The notes under the pieces were generated by a model. It was not told the origin of the DNA. It saw nothing but the letters and a program-made list of their open reading frames with translations, and searched no databases. Position numbers and translations under genes: made by a program. A stretch of 64,000 nucleotides of DNA, taken from NCBI GenBank assembly GCA_963575745.1, contig CAUYUJ010000181.1:62001-126000 (forward strand), read 5' to 3'. This document shows, piece after piece, positions 12,628 through 26,679 of this stretch (position 1 is the first letter of the stretch; each line of letters starts with the position of its first letter). Source of the DNA: Prorocentrum cordatum (Eukaryota).

Positions 12628-15600
12628 GTAGCACCCCGCACTTGCGGATAAGAATGAGGGGGCGGGCGCGGGCGACGCGGGCGTCGAGCCTGCGAACCTC
12701 GTGGCCCTCACCTGATGGCGCCCTCCTCCTCCTCCTCCTCCTCCTCCTTTTCCTCCTCCTCGTGCTCTGACAAGTTCAGCGCGGGGGGGATCGCTGGTGG
12801 GCCACCCAGAACGAATGCAAAAACAGCCCGCCGCAGGCGCCGAATGTTTGGCTTGTTCAGTGAACGTAGTTTGGGTCGCGGGTGGGTCGCGGGCTCTCCA
12901 CCTCTACCTGGAAGGAATTCAAAAACAGCCCGCCGCAGGCGCCGAAAACTTTGATTTGTGCACTGAACGCGGTTTGGGTCGCAGGTTCTCCACCTGGAGC
13001 GAATGCAAAAGAAACCCGCCGCAGGCGCCGAATGTTTGGTTTGTTCAGTGAACGTAGTTTGGGTCGCGGGTGGGTCGCGGGCTCTCCACCTCCACCTGGA
13101 AAGAATTCGAAAACAGCCTGCCGCAGGCGCCGAAAATTTTGATTTGTAGACTGAACGCGGTTTGGGTCGCGGGTGGGTCGCAGGTTTCCCACCTGGAACG
13201 AATGCAAAAGAAACCCGCCGCAGGCGCCGAAAATTTTGGGTGGGTCGCGGGGTGGATCGCGGGTGGGTCGCAGATGGGTCGCGGGGGGTCGCGGTGGGTC
13301 GCGGGCGCGGTTTGGTCGCGGGGGGTCGCAGGTTCTCCACCTGGAACGAATGCAAAAGAAACCCGCCGCAGGCGCCGAAAAATTTTGGGTGGGTCGCGGG
13401 GTGGGTCGCGGGTGGGTCGCGGGTGGGTCGCGCGTGGGTCGCGGGGTGGGTCGCGGGTGGGTCTGGGTCGCCGGTGGGTCGCGGGTGGATCGCCAGGGGT
13501 GTCTCGGGGTGGGTCGCGGGCGGGTCGCGGGGTGGATCGCGGGTGGGTCGCGGGTGGGTCGCGGGTGGGTCGCGGGGTGGGTCGCGGGTGGGTCGCGTGG
13601 TGGGTCGTGGGTGGGTCGCGGGTGGGTCGCGGGGTGGGTCGCGGGTGGGTCGCGGGTGGGACGACGACAAAAACAAACAACAAACAACAACAAGAATCCG
13701 CATCGCGGAAATTACACTTCAGCCACGCACCCAGGGACAGTGAATGACCGTTCGGTTCAGCCCCATCACTCTGATATGTATCTCTCTCTCTCTCTCTCTT
13801 CCTCTCTCCGCCTCTTCTGCCCGCGAGAAACAGAAGCCGCCACCACCACCGAGAAAAACCATCGCGCGCAGAGCAGTCCGAGGAGAAGGGGCTGAGCAAG
13901 GTCCCTCGTCTCCCCTGTCGCCTCGTCGTTCGGTGTCCCCCCTATGCTCGCTCGTGCCCTCGTCGTCGCCCTCCGAATCTTGAGGGCCCGTGCGGGGCTG
14001 TCCCCGGGCCGGCGCCAGCACGAGGCGCTGCTGCAAAGGGAGACCCTCTGCGTTGTGGAGGTTGCGCTGTTGACAGCACGGTCGGGAACTTTTGGACCGC
14101 GTGTCGCCGCGGCGGCCCTGAGGACGAAAGCTTTTTCTCTTGGGCACGCACATGATGCCTCCAGCTCTCGCGCCAGCGCGCATGACATACACACTGGCAG
14201 GTCCAATTGAGCGGGTGCGGATTCGAATGTGGTTTAGGTTTGTGCGTGCGGTGGGTCAAATTTCCCTCCGCGCGGATCCGATTTCGGATGCTAGGGATAT
14301 CATGTTCGTCCTGTTCTTCACACGGATCCGACTTAGACCTGTTTCAAATGTGTTATATTCAACTGAGCCAAATGGCGGACGGACATCGAATCCGCTGCAT
14401 CGAAGCCCGCTGCTGTTCAGATTCTACGGGGAAGGGGGCTTGGTTTCACAGACAGGTCACGAATTGTTGCACGGGCCATACCAACCCTCTTCGCACGCGG
14501 CTCGCACCCAACATGAAAACATCTCTCCTCACCCTCCGCTGCTGCAAGAATCTTGCCCAAATGTTGTGCTTCTGGCGGCGCCGATGCTCTCTCGCCAACC
14601 GCTTGTCGCCGCTGGCGCCTCAAGAGGAAAATCTTTCGTCCTGCGTGGATATACCATTCGAATTCATAACGTGTTAGCTCCGCGGGACGGGAGGGTAGTA
14701 GACTCGCGGAGGGTGAGGTGGAAGAGCCAGGGTGGTGGTCACTGCATGAGGGAAACATGTCCCATGAAGAGTAGCACGCACCACGATCACGACGATGTCG
14801 ACGCCGATAACGACGACGACGACGACGACGACGACGACTACGACGACGACGACGACGACGACGACTACGACGACGACGAGGCGCGGCAACGATCCGCACC
14901 GGCTTTGGTGAAGGGCTCACCCTGCGAGGTGTGGTACACAGCACATCGTTGAGCGGTGCAGGAGGACGCGGATGACAACGAGGATGAGGAGGATGGTGCG
15001 GAGGAGGAGCACGTGTAGAAGACAGGAAGGACAGCGTGGATGAGGAGACCGATGCGGGCGAGGAGCTCCCCACCCCCCTCGCGGCGACGTTTGGCTAAGC
15101 TTGCCGTGCGCTCCTCCACACCTCGATCTTCGCCTCGGACTTCGGCCCGATCTGCAGCCAGGCTGGGATCAAGGGCAGGCTTGACGCCCGCGTGATCCTC
15201 GAGACACACCTCAGGGGCATGAGGGTGACGGCCAGTGGTCCGGTCGATTCGCCGCGTCGGACCGAGTGCGCCTGCGGCGGCACTCGACGCAGCGACGGCC
15301 GATGGTGCTCAGCGATCTGGACATCAAGCTATATAGCGTGAGAAGGAGCTGCGAAGAAGGCGTCTGAGCGCCCAGGCGGAGCTCTACCTCGACGGGTGCG
15401 CCCATTCTTGGGGCGCGGACTCTACACGTGGGCCGGCTTGCTGGTTTGGTCCGCAGGCTGTAGCTCTGCCCCTTCGTCGGAGGAGGCCATGAGGGAATCT
15501 TCTCATGGCAGCGAAACAGCGCTGGTCCTTCCACCCATGCCTCTGCGATCGCTACTGCTCCCGCGACGTGCTGGTGGCGGCCTTCGGTGATTCGACCACG

Positions 15601-18600
15601 ACGGTTGAGATGGTGACCCCCGACGGGGACAGACTGAATGCCACTGCTGCCCCTCTCGTCCCTCTCCGTGACGACACGTACCTGCCCCGATACGCAACAC
15701 GCAGCCAGCAGCGTGTTGTTTGGTGCGATACCTTCGCTAACACGTGGGCCAACACGCTGAGCCAACACGCAACGTGTCAACACAGACGTGTTGAACACGG
15801 CACGTGCGGCGATTCTAGGGGAACGAAGAGTGGCTGGCGCCCGAGAGGCGCCGCCAGGGGGATCCAGCGCGGATCCGAGACATCCGCGCGGACCTCCGAT
15901 TTTTTTTTTTTTGTCATTCTTCGCGCCCCCGAGTCTCAAAACTGGCGTACCAGGGCAGCTGAGCACGAGCCCAATCCTGCCTTGCCCGAACTGGGTGGCA
16001 GTCGGGCCGGAAGTGTGGCCCACGAGAGGCGGGGCGTCGGCCCCGCTGCCTCGAGGCTCTCGCCTGGCCTCGGCGACCGGTGCTGTCGGCCGACCTTCTG
16101 TCACGGGCGTGCCCGCCAAGCCCTCCGCGCCCCCCTATCGGCAGCCTCCTCCCCAGGGGAACAAGCAATGACAGAAGCATAAAAACTCGGAGGTCCGCGC
16201 GGATTCCTCGGATCGGCGCTGGGGCCCCCTGGCGGCGCCTCGGGCGCCGCTCCTGGCGCGCGCCGCGCGCCAGGGAGGGGGGTCCAGCGCCGATCTGAGA
16301 CATCCGCGCGGACCTCCGAATTTTTATGTCTATGTTATTGTTTGCTCCCCGACTCCCCTTCCCCGCCTTCCGTCACAACTCCCGGGAGCCTCCCATACCA
16401 TCTTATTAGATATTGCGAGTGCACGCCGATCGAGGCTAGTCGACGCTAAAACGACGCTCATCGACGCCAATTCGGCGCCCTCTTATCGATTACCAGACGC
16501 CAGCGCACGCTCACGTACTCGAGAGACGGAAATGGTTGGACTGCTCTAGATCAAGAGCACGCCGTAGACAGATCCACTCTTTCTCCGACCTTGCAACGCG
16601 CCGAACACAACGGCCACGTTGTCGATTGATGCATCCACCCCGAAAGTGTCTGCGGACGTCACGGCACCCAACGTGTCCATAGACGCTCTTGGCTAGGACG
16701 TGAGAGCGGTATTTGGCATCGGCCCCAAAGTTGGCCTCTTAGAAGCAGGGAGGCTTGGCCCTCCAAACACGAAGGTCCCCAAGACTTGCCACCGAACCCG
16801 CCCCCTCCCCCAGAGCAGGCGCGCAGGGCCGGGCAAAGGGGCAGGAGCGGCTGCCTCGCTCCAGGCTTGCGTGACCCTCGCCTCCAGCTGCGCGGAGCGC
16901 CACCGGCGCTCCTCTGTTGCGGAGGGGGCGGGGCGGCGGGGACGCACAGAGACATACTAGTTACTATTACTACATGTCCTCCTCCCCCCCCTCCCCCTCT
17001 TCCTCCTCCTCCTCCTCATCCTCCTCCTCCTCCTGCCAGATCGGGCACTGCCAGGGGCGCGGCCCTGGCTTAAGGCGACACAGCTCGGGCCTCCAAGGGG
17101 ACGCACAGAGACATACTGGCACTGCATGTCTTCCTTGGAGGCGCGCGTCCGACCCGAGCTTATAGTATACCCATCTTGTAGTACATCGTTTCCCGAGCTG
17201 TGTGGTCAGAAAGCGCCCGCTACGACGCATATACCAAAAGATTTCTAGGTGCGCGCGTCCCCCCCGGGGGGGGGGGGCGGCACACATATTATCAGTATGT
17301 TGGGGTGACGCCGAAAGCGTGCCAGCGAAAAGGTGTAAACTTTTTCGGGGCTCGGTGGTTCCGTGCTGGTCCGCCTCCTCCTCCTCCCCTGTGGAAGACG
17401 GCTGGAGGAGAGGGGGCCGTAAAGGGGTGGGGCGGGGAGAAGACGGTGGAGCGGAGGGGGGAGCAGAGTGGGATGGCAGAGAGACGCGGGTCACAAGGGC
17501 GCTCTGCCACCGCACATCCTGCTGCAAGTTCATTCGGAAACCTGACAGTTGAGCAAAAGCGGCAAGAGCGCTCAACATATCAGGTTGGGACGAACACGAG
17601 AACGCTGAGTGGGAGAGGCTGAGGAGGATTAGGGTGGGGGAGTGGAATGATGAGGGCCAGACATAGATTATGATGACGACGACGATGGTGGTGATGATGA
17701 TGATGCTGATCGGGGATGGACAGACCCTCCTGCAGTAAAACGGGGTTTAGTGAAAACGACCTGAGGCCCAAACCTGGCGGGCGCAAGCCTGGAAAATAGC
17801 GTCCACGGCGCCCTCTCGAGAACCGAAAACGGACAATTCACTAATCGACGTGTCACTGTTGGGGGTTCTGGCCACCCCCGAGCTGAAGGAAGGGAGGATA
17901 ATGATAAGGGTTACTCATGGTTTCTGCTATCGGAGTTCCCCACATGAGGATGCCAAGGTGCGTCGCAACTTCGACGAGGCATAACAGTAGCAATATGAAC
18001 GGGAGGCTCATCACATTAATTTGCACGCATGGAAAGGAAGAAGAAAACAAGGAGGGGAAAAGGTCAGCGAACTTTACACGGCTCCCTGGTGGTAGAATCT
18101 GTGCGACAGGTGGGGCTGGTGGAGACTCGAGGGCACGATCCCTGATAAGTAAAGCAGGTTTCGCATAGCCCGCGCAGTCCGGCACAGCCTCCTTGGAGGT
18201 AGAATGTGTGCTGCTGGTGAGGCTTGAGGGGGGAGGCCACGCTCTTTCAGAAATGACGTGTGTTTCGCATAACCCGCGCAGTCCGACACAGCCTCCCTGG
18301 AGGTAGAATCAGTGCGAGCCCTGGAAGTAATTGGAGGCTGTGGTACTGCTGAGGCTGGTGGAGGCTGGAGGGTACGATCCCTGCTAAATTGTACGGGTTT
18401 CGCAATAGCCTTGGCAAACCGATGCGGCTGGCCTCTGGCACATACGGCGGTATCTGAGGAGCTGGTGAAATGCGCGAGCCTGCAAGAGGAAGGTATGTTG
18501 AGCTTGCATGTGGGGGGTTGGAGCATGCATGAGGAGGAGGAGGAGGACCAGTGCAAAACCAAGAGTCATCAACAATGTTAGAATTGACCCTCATTCCAAG

Positions 18601-20902
18601 CTCCCTCTTAATAGGCCCCCACCACGGTGAATTTCCATTGAGGGAACTGCCTCGTTGGAAGACAACCGTTTGAAGATCCTGAAACATGCCAAAACAAGAC
18701 ATGGTTCTCTGGATTTCAACGCCACGTATCAACCGGACTGTTGCGTCTTGACGATCCGGAATCGTGCCAGAGCGCCGTTCTTGGGACTTCAACACCGCGA
18801 ATCAACATAACTGCTGCACCCGCGTAATCCTGAATCCTTCCAAAACACCATGTCTGGTACGTTGATCATGGGAATCCGTTCAACTCTTGCAAATGTTGAA
18901 AACGAATGTGCGCGGCGCTAAGGCGAGAGCCACATGTTGAAAAGGGACCGCCCTCAATCCGTGAAACTCTTGCAAATTTGGGAAACGAATGTGCGCGGCG
19001 ATGAAGCGAGAGCCACATTTTGAAAACCGCCCGCCCTCAATCCGTGAAACCCTTGCACATGTTTGAAACGAATGTGCGCGGCGCTAAGGCGAGAACCACA
19101 TTCTGACAACGACCCGCCCTCAATCCGTGAAACACTTGCAACTTGTTAGAATGAATGTGCGCGGCGCTAAGGCGAGAGCCAAATTTTGAAAACGGCCCGC
19201 CCTTCATCTGTGAAACTGTTGTCAATGTTTAAGCTTCAGAGTCACAAGTGCTGAGGTAGTCTCAAGCGAAAGGCCCGGCCCGCCCTATACACTGGCCTCG
19301 GGGTGCGACAGGGGGGAGTTATCTATAAGGAGAAGGAATGGAGGAGGAGGAGGAGTAGGAGGAGGAACAGGTGGAGGAGGAGGAGGAGGAGAAGCTTGAC
19401 AGTAGGAGGGAGGCAGGACAGGGTGTTTTAGGAAAACATGATGGTGGGAGATGACAACTGACATCGACAACAGCAAGTCGTAATCGCCATGCGGCTGAGA
19501 AGCTTCAGAAACTTGGCGCGTCGCGGCGGCGGCCCCGGCAACACTCCATGCTCTGCGAGCGGATAGCGTGTCGCTTTGCTCCGCGGGGCGGGAGGCTGGG
19601 GCAGGCTGAAGACGTTGACGCCTCGGAACTCGGACTTGGTCAGGGAGTCGCGCCGAGGCGTGGTGGGTCAGAACCGACGGCCAAACACACTGACCAAAAG
19701 CTGCCGACCGTAGCTCCTCCGTCGCTCCGCTTTGGCAGGTCGCTCCTGTACACGCACACGCACACGCACACGCTCACGCACACACCCAGACACAGACACG
19801 CACACGCACACACACACATACACACACACACACACGCACACGCACACGCACACGCACACGCACACGCACACGCACACGCACACGCACACGCACACGCACA
19901 CTCGCACACGCACACGCACGCGCACGCGCACGCGCACACGCGCACACACGAACAACACACAATCCAAACGGCATCTCTTACGGGGGCGGTGTTTGCCGCC
20001 GCCAACTTCCGCCAGTCTTCCGCCGGCGGAGCCGCCCCGCTTTGCATTCGCTGGTGGTCCGCCGCCCTGCGCCGACGGAGAGGGACGTGCGGCCCTCGAG
20101 GGCGAGGCCCCTCTCCGAGGACCCCTCTCGAGCGCCACACGTGCCGACCCCTCTCGGCCTGAGGCCGCGATGCCCCTCGCGGAGGCTACCGCCCCCCTCC
20201 TCCTTCTCCCCCTCCTCTCCTGCTCCCTCCCCCTCCCCCGCCTTTTGCTCCTCCTCCTGCTCCCCCTCCTCCTCCTCCTCCTCCTCCTCCTCCTCCTCCT
20301 CCTCCTCCTCCTCCTCCTCCTCCCTCCTCCCCCTCCCCCTCCCCCTCCACCTCCCGCCGCATCTGATAGTGATCATCCTCCTCATGCCGAGATGGGGTGC
20401 CCCGCCCGGGGAGCGATCAAGATGATCATCAAGATGTAGGGAGGAGTAGAAAAGGAAGGGAAGGGGCGGTTGACGCGCTGCAGATATGGGCAAGAATTGT
20501 AGCCACCCCCCAAAATTTCACCATAGGAATTCTAAGGGCCGTATAGGTATGGGTGCTGCTCGTCAGCTCGTGATCGCAGGCGATGTTTCTCCGCCAACCC
20601 CCGAGCTCCGCCCGAAAAGTTTGGCCGCTCAGAAGAAAACGGGAAGCCCTGGGATACACCTCGAGGTGGCTACTCTGACGCACCCCTGGCGAGGATGGAC
20701 GCCCCCCGTCGTATATCCCAGGGTTGAGCCCCAGCTTTCGGGCCCATCCGAATACCCCCACGAAGCCAGGACTGGGGGGGAGGAGGAGGAGGAGGAGGAG
20801 GAGGAGGAGGAGGAGGAGGAGGAGGAGGAAGGGGAGGACGAGAGAAGGAGGAGGAGGCGGCAGGAGGAGGGGCGGAACAAGAGCAGGACAGGAGGAGGAG
20901 GG

Positions 20903-20936
<34 letters not shown>

Positions 20937-23721
20937 AGGGGGAGAGAGACGAGTAGGAGGAGGAAGGAGGAGGAGGAGGAGACGGCGGATGGAGGAGGAG
21001 GAGGAGCAGGAGGCGGAGAGGAGGAGGAGGTGAGGAAGAGGGCGAGAGGAGAGGACGAAGAAGAGAGTGGGGAGGAGGAGGAGGAGGAGGAGGAGGAGGA
21101 GGAGGAGGAGGAGGAAGAGGAGGAGGAGAGGAGGAGGAGGAGGAGCAGGAGGAGGAGATATCCCCTGTGAAAGAGCCAGTCCGTCCCCATCCCACCTTGG
21201 CGCGCCGCGGAGGCTGGGGCGCTGCACTTCGGGAGCCCGCCGAGGTCGGACGCATGCGCCCGACCACGTACACGAACACGGCCCTCACATCCGCGAGAGA
21301 CCAGCCGCGCGACACGACCGTGCGCGCCATGCATGCACTCTCTCGAAACCAGCGTGGACTCGTGCACGTGCGCGTCCTGCTTCCGCTCCTTGAGCGCTCG
21401 GGGGGGCCGATCCGGGGCCCTGCCGTCGCCATCCCAGCCCCCGACGATGGAGACGACCCCCTCCTCTGCCCCGCCCCGCCCGCGAGGGCGGGGCGGGGCA
21501 AGGGGGGGTCCTTCTTCTTCTTCTTCTTCCGCCCCCTTTAGCGCTATGGGTGGCGGATTCGTGTACGTGCGCGTCCTTCTTCCGCTCCTTTAGCGCTCGG
21601 GGGGCCGATCCGGGGCCATGCCGTCCCCGTCCCCGCCCCCGACGACGGAGACGACCACCCCCCCTCGCAGGGCTGGACCTCAACGCTGTTTTTGTGTTGT
21701 TTTCGCTTTTGTACCCGTTCTCCTGTACCTCCCTCCCCCAAAACGGAAAAACAGAACTCAGCCGAAGTACAGCCAAACAGCGCTTGGGTTTATGTTGCTC
21801 CCATCGTACTTAAGGACCACATCCCAGACATAATTTCGAGCACCCAGAATATCGGAACAGCGTCGAACGAGTATCGCCTCCCAGGGCCCGACGCGTGGAA
21901 ACCCTCAAGTTCCGGTACTCTCTTGGTGCACGACATTCTTGTTGGTGGCCAAGGCTAGAGTAGCTTGGAACATCACAAGCTTAGGTCCAGCCCTGCCCCT
22001 CCTCTGCCCCCGCCCCCGCCCGCGAGGGCGGCGGACCCCCCGCGTGCGGCCGCCGCCCGCCCAGCGCGCGCGTTCGCGCGGCGGCCTCTCTCGCCTCCGT
22101 CGCGGTTGTCGCGGAGCCGCCGCGCGCCGCGGCCGAGTGCGCGGGCTCCTCCGCCTCCGCCTCCTCCCCCTCCTCCTCCTCCTCCTCCTCCTCCTCCTCC
22201 TCTCCTCCAACTCCTCCTCCTCCTCCTCCTCCTTCCTCCTCCTCCTCCTCCTCCTCCTCCTCCTCCCTCACCCCTCCTCCTCCTCCCTCCTCCTTCTCCC
22301 CTCCGATCTCCTCCTCCCCCTCCTCCTTCCTTCCTCCTCCTCCACCACCTGCTCCTCCTCTTCTCCCCCTCCTCCCCTTCCATCCCCTCCCCCTCCTTCG
22401 CCCTCCCCTCCCTCTCGGCCTCTCCATCCGTTTCCGCCCCCCTCCTCCTCCTCCTCTCCTCCTCCTCCTCCTCCTCCTCCTCCTCCTCCTCCTCCTCCTC
22501 CTCCTCCTCCTCCTCCAGCTGCACGCCGCCAGTGGCCCGAACGACTTGTGATGTTGGAGAGCCACGATCGTTCAGGGTGATACGATCCACGACGCGTCAG
22601 GGGCCGACGCCGACGGCATCGCTGCGCGAACCCGTCGTGTGGGGATCCAGAGCAAGAGGAGCGCAAGCGACGACGAGAGAAAGGACCTTGCGCGAGATGG
22701 CACAACTAGCGACCTTACGCGGCGGCTTATGCGGGCCGCCAGCGCGGCACGCTGCACTGGAAACAATGGCGCTTGCGTGCGAACTCTCGCGGGCAACTTC
22801 CACGCGAATGTCGGCGCAGTCGACCCCGTTTTTTTCCGTTGCTCCGGTGGTGAGACCTGCGGCTCGAGATCAGTGCGATGATACCTGCGGCTCAACCTGC
22901 CGTTTGCCCTCTTTTCCCGAGGGCGGAATACTGGTGTAGGAGAATTGGCCCAGACCCATGGCCATGTGCACCTCGCGGTGGCATAAAGACTGCACCCAGC
23001 CTTCTTATCAAAAGGAGGCCCCTCCCATCCGCCGCCTTCCGTCAAGCCCAGCCTTGCCATGGAGACCGCTGGCAACGACACGCGCCCTAGTGACCACCCC
23101 GTCGGGGCCGCGGCTTCGCCTGATCCATGTGCTCGCCCTGGCGCAGCGGCCCGTCTGCACCCTGCCGCCGCACCCCCACTCCCTTTTTCCTCAGCCCCCA
23201 GACGCGACCTGTGGCGTGAAAGGCGCCCCCTGACGCTGGCCCCTGTGTGACAACCGCCACAGGCCACTCAACGGCTAAGAGGTGCCAGCGTACACGCTTT
23301 GCCCGCAGGCCCAGCGAGCGCGCGTGTCGGTCGAGCAGCTAAGGGGAGCTGAGCGGCGACTCGAGCCCGGCCAGAGGCGGGACCGAGGCGGCCGCGGCGG
23401 GGGGCAGCGCGTGGAGGGGCGAACTCGGACCGTGGAGGCCTTCGTCGGCAGGCTGCGGCCCGGGCGCGGCCGAGCCGCAGGCGGGGGGACGAGACTGTCC
23501 TGCCAGCGCAACCCGGCCTCGCCAGCTCCCTCAGCATGCGGCGCGAGTCCCCTGGGCGAGCTGGCTGGGTCTGCGGAGCGCCAAGCCGCCACGGGCGGGA
23601 GCAATGATGCAGGGCGACGGCCCCGAATCCCTCGCAGCAGTGCTGCCTTCAATGCGACTGCGGCTGGGGACTCCGCAACGCCCGTGCCGTCCCCTCCTCT
23701 CGCCCCCTCCCTCTCCCCGTT

Positions 23722-23757
<36 letters not shown>

Positions 23758-24600
23758 CTCCTCCTCCTCCTCCTCCTCCTCCTCCTCCTCCTCCTCCTCG
23801 GTTATCCATCCATCCTCCTCAACCCTCACCCTTTCTCTTCCTCCCCTCTCAATCCTCCTCTCTCTCACTCTCTTGTTCCCCCGTCCTGTATCCTCCTCTT
23901 GCATCCTCGTCGGAACTAACTCCTCCTCCTCCTCCTCCTCCTCCTTCTCCTCCTCCTCCTCCTCCTCCTCCACCTCCCCTCCTCCTACCCGCCCCGCCTC
24001 CGCTCCGCTCCGCCTCCGCCTCCTCCCCTCCTCCTCCTCTCCTCCTCCTCTCTCCCCCTCACGCCTCCTCCTCACTCCTCCTCTACTCCACCTCCTCCTC
24101 CTCTCCTCCTCCTCCTCCCCTCCTCTTCTCCTCCTCCTCTCCTCCTCCTCCCCTCCTCCTCCTCCTCCTCCTCCACCTCCGCCACCGCCTCCGCCTCTAT
24201 CCGCCTCCTCCCCCCCTCCTACCTCCTCTCCTCTTCCTCCTCCTCCTCCCACCTCCTCCTCTTCCTCCGCCTCCTCCTCCTCCTCCTCCTCCCTCCTCCT
24301 CCTCTTCCTCCAACTCCCCCGCCCCTCCCTCCCTCACTCGCCGCCGCCCGTTTCTCTTATCCCCCCCCCTCCTCCACACCCCGGGCTCCTCCTGCCCCCG
24401 CGTTTGGACTCCCCCCGCCACCCCCGCCTATCGCTTCGGCCGCCGTGGGCTCTCCGCCACAGGCCGCCCCGCCGCCGCCGCCGCGGGCGAGGCGCGGGCC
24501 CCGCGGGGAGCCTCACCCGAGCGAGTCCGCGGAGTCGCGCGTGCCCAGGGTGTCCCGCTGCAGCCAGGCCGCCCCGGGCCCGGCCTCGGCTGCAGCGGAG
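11200..24600 (-). CDS. Possible multi-exon host gene(s) of unknown product, with small GC-rich exon candidates between microsatellite introns
   Basis: Short codon-like blocks with AG|G boundaries, e.g. ~11717-11809 AGALEQAVRHTAALLARADAEGRALEAALAE, ~12345-12412 and ~16855-16912 ERRWRSAQLEARVTQAWSE. There is a 20-bp direct repeat gggacgcacagagacatact at ~16939 and ~17098. I could not assemble a full gene. Confidence 0.25.
12780..13660. repeat. Tandem repeat containing cccgccgcaggcgccgaa units, grading into a (GGGTGGGTCGC)n array
   Basis: At least 6 ccgcaggcgccgaa units, then a gggtcgcg array. Confidence 0.85.
15060..15450 (-). pseudogene. Possible decayed non-LTR retrotransposon AP-endonuclease fragment
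   Basis: A stop-interrupted minus frame contains PTRRIDRT...CLEDHAGV, resembling the SRIDxI...SDH motifs of APE domains. Confidence 0.25.
16156..16350. mobile_element. MITE-like hairpin element; partial relative at ~15835-15930
   Basis: Long imperfect TIR: ggggaacaagcaatgac..cataaaaactcggaggtccgcgcggat / atccgcgcggacctccgaatttttatg..gttattgtttgctcccc. Confidence 0.75.
18875..19230. repeat. ~80-85 bp tandem repeat, 4 copies
   Basis: Unit gaatgtgcgcggcgctaaggcgagagccacattttgaaa...gccctcaatccgtgaaac..ttgca. Confidence 0.85.
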
Positions 24601-24606
24601 GAGGAG

Positions 24607-24706
24607 NNNNNNNNNNNNNNNNNNNNNNNNNNNNNNNNNNNNNNNNNNNNNNNNNNNNNNNNNNNNNNNNNNNNNNNNNNNNNNNNNNNNNNNNNNNNNN
24701 NNNNNN
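24607..24706. other. Assembly gap (100 N)
   Basis: Run of n. Confidence 1.
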
Positions 24707-26306
24707 ACATCGCGACGAGGATGTGCATGTGCATGCCGTTGCCCATGAGCTTATACAGCGCATGGCTACTGAGCCCCAGCTCACGAGGGCTCCAAGGCAG
24801 CGGGCACGGGTGCGAGTCGTCGACTTCGTTGGTAGGAAAGCCTTGCATGGCTAGAATCTCTGATCCCACGAGGGTCCGTTCAGCAGCATCACTCCAAATC
24901 GTTCCATGACGGAGTTGGCTCATCATCGATCCAGTGGTCGAGACGCGGCACCGCTTGTCAGGGTGGTGCTCGAGATCGCAGAGCAAGTCTCCAGGTTCTT
25001 CACCACGATCACGTTTCTTGGCACAAGATTTCTGATGCACTTCCCGTGCAATCCGTAAATGTAGTGATTGGGATGCGGTCAAGCAATGTGCGAAATTCAA
25101 CCCTTCGCCTGGCAAGATGGTCACGCATTTCTTCCTCGCGAGCTGTTCGAGCTCGTCTTGAATATCTGATTCTTTCGCTAAGAAAAAATCATGGCCTGTC
25201 ATCTGAGTCGTGCGCAAGAATGGAGCGATGAAGTCCGCCCAAGGCTGATGGATGCTCACGTCCTTCCTCACGCAGATGCCGTAGAACCTCTGACGCGTAA
25301 TGGGCCAGCCGAGCATAGACGGGCAGGGCAGCGGTTCGCACTTGTGGAGAGTGTGACTGTCATCCAACAAGCATGTGAAAATGCATGGGTCCCATTGCGG
25401 TGCGCACTCCCAAAGGCCGATACGCGGTCTGTCCACGGAGTAGCCCTTTGCGCACGACAGCGCTGGGAGTGTGGACGCGCCTCCAAGACCATGACGACTT
25501 CCGATTGTGGTAAAATCTAAGCATGACCACCCTGCTCCCTCGCACACTAGCCCGAAGTGTTCCGTGGCCCCCGTGAACGGGCAGCTCTGCCCTGGATGTA
25601 GGAGGCAAGGCCCACTCACGGAGTGCGCCCCGGGCTGCTCCAAGATCTTGACTGTATCACCGATGGCTGTCATTGTAGCTGTCATCTCAGCATCAACATC
25701 GCCCACGTGCGTCTCGCTCTCGTCCAATCTGGGCGCTGGCTTTACCGAAACGATCTCTACGTCAGAGCTTGATGGCTGCTTGCCAAGACTCCGGCCTGGG
25801 CCTGGGCGTCGCGGGGAACACCCTGGGGAAAGATCGGTTCGTGTTTTTTTTTTTTTCTGAACATCATATGGCCATTTCACTCCCAGCAGCTGTTGTAGAA
25901 ATTGCGGCTCGTGTCTGGACAGAATATCCCGAAACAAGTGCTTAGGTTTTACGTCCGCCCTGAAGTTCTTGAGCACTCTCTGGCTTAGCGGTAGATTATC
26001 GCATGCTGAATGGAAATTGAACCAATCACCAGGAATATCGACTCCAGCAGCTCGCGCGGCACGACCAATCCACCACAGCGCAATCGCTTCGCAGCCCATT
26101 CCAGAGTACTTGGTAGTGAGCATGACTCTAGCTTTCAAGTTCTGAACGAAACGGGCGCTACCAGGCCCTGACAAGATAGACGACACCATCACCTCCACGT
26201 AGTTGAACATCTCTGTCATGCTATCAGGCCCAGGCGGCGGCGGCGGCGGCTCGCCATCCCTCTGCGGTTCAGACTGAGGAGCCACGGGATGAAGGCCAGC
26301 GAACAT
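24707..26306 (-). CDS. C5 cytosine DNA methyltransferase, copy 1 (3' end lost in the gap)
   Basis: Motifs in canonical order: I TKYSGMGC; II SACDN; III HLFRDI; IV GAGWSCLDFT (catalytic Cys); VI LWECAP; VIII LGWPITRQRFY; IX RTLVGSEILAMQGFP; X YKLMGNGM. Intronless. Confidence 0.9.
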
Positions 26307-26379
26307 GAATGGCGTCGCGGGCCAGCGCTGCTAACCGCGAGAAGGACCGAGAGCAGCCAATCTGGCCAAACATTCAGCC

Positions 26380-26395
26380 GAGCCAAATCGGCTAC
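26380..26395 (-). other. Relict dinoflagellate spliced leader upstream of the DNMT
   Basis: Minus strand GTAGCCGATTTGGCTC vs DinoSL GTAGCCATTTTGGCTC (14/16), ~74 nt upstream of the ATG. Confidence 0.65.
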
Positions 26396-26679
26396 TGAAG
26401 ACTCAGACTTGAATGAGAGGTGTCACAGCGGTTCGGACGGTTCAGAGCAGAGGAACTCCAAGATCGCCCCCCAACATGATGGACCCACGAACCCGGAAAG
26501 GGATATAGAACCGCATGCATGGAAACGTTTTCACGACACCGTATTGGGCGACGGGCACTTCCACGAGACACCCCGCGAAACATTCCACGAGACACGGGCG
26601 ACCGTTTTCAACGTTTGCCTGGAAACATTCCACGAGACACCCCGCGAAACAGTCCACGAGACACCCCACGAAACATTCC

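Noticed and set aside
10325..12770. Long ORFs of 480-590 aa with poly-H/I/S/M/E/P
   Set aside because: Produced by (CAT)n and (CCT)n tracts that lack stop codons.
12780..13400. CRISPR-like spaced repeats (also 18875-19230 and 51190-51640)
   Set aside because: The intervening segments are themselves repeated, there are no cas genes, and the context is eukaryotic.
17850..18850. Possible coding or retroelement fragment with an internal ~120-bp duplication
   Set aside because: No recognisable motif and short, inconsistent frames.
24513..24706. C-terminal extension of the 597 aa DNMT ORF
   Set aside because: Reads through the N gap into unrelated sequence; copy 2 shows the real end.
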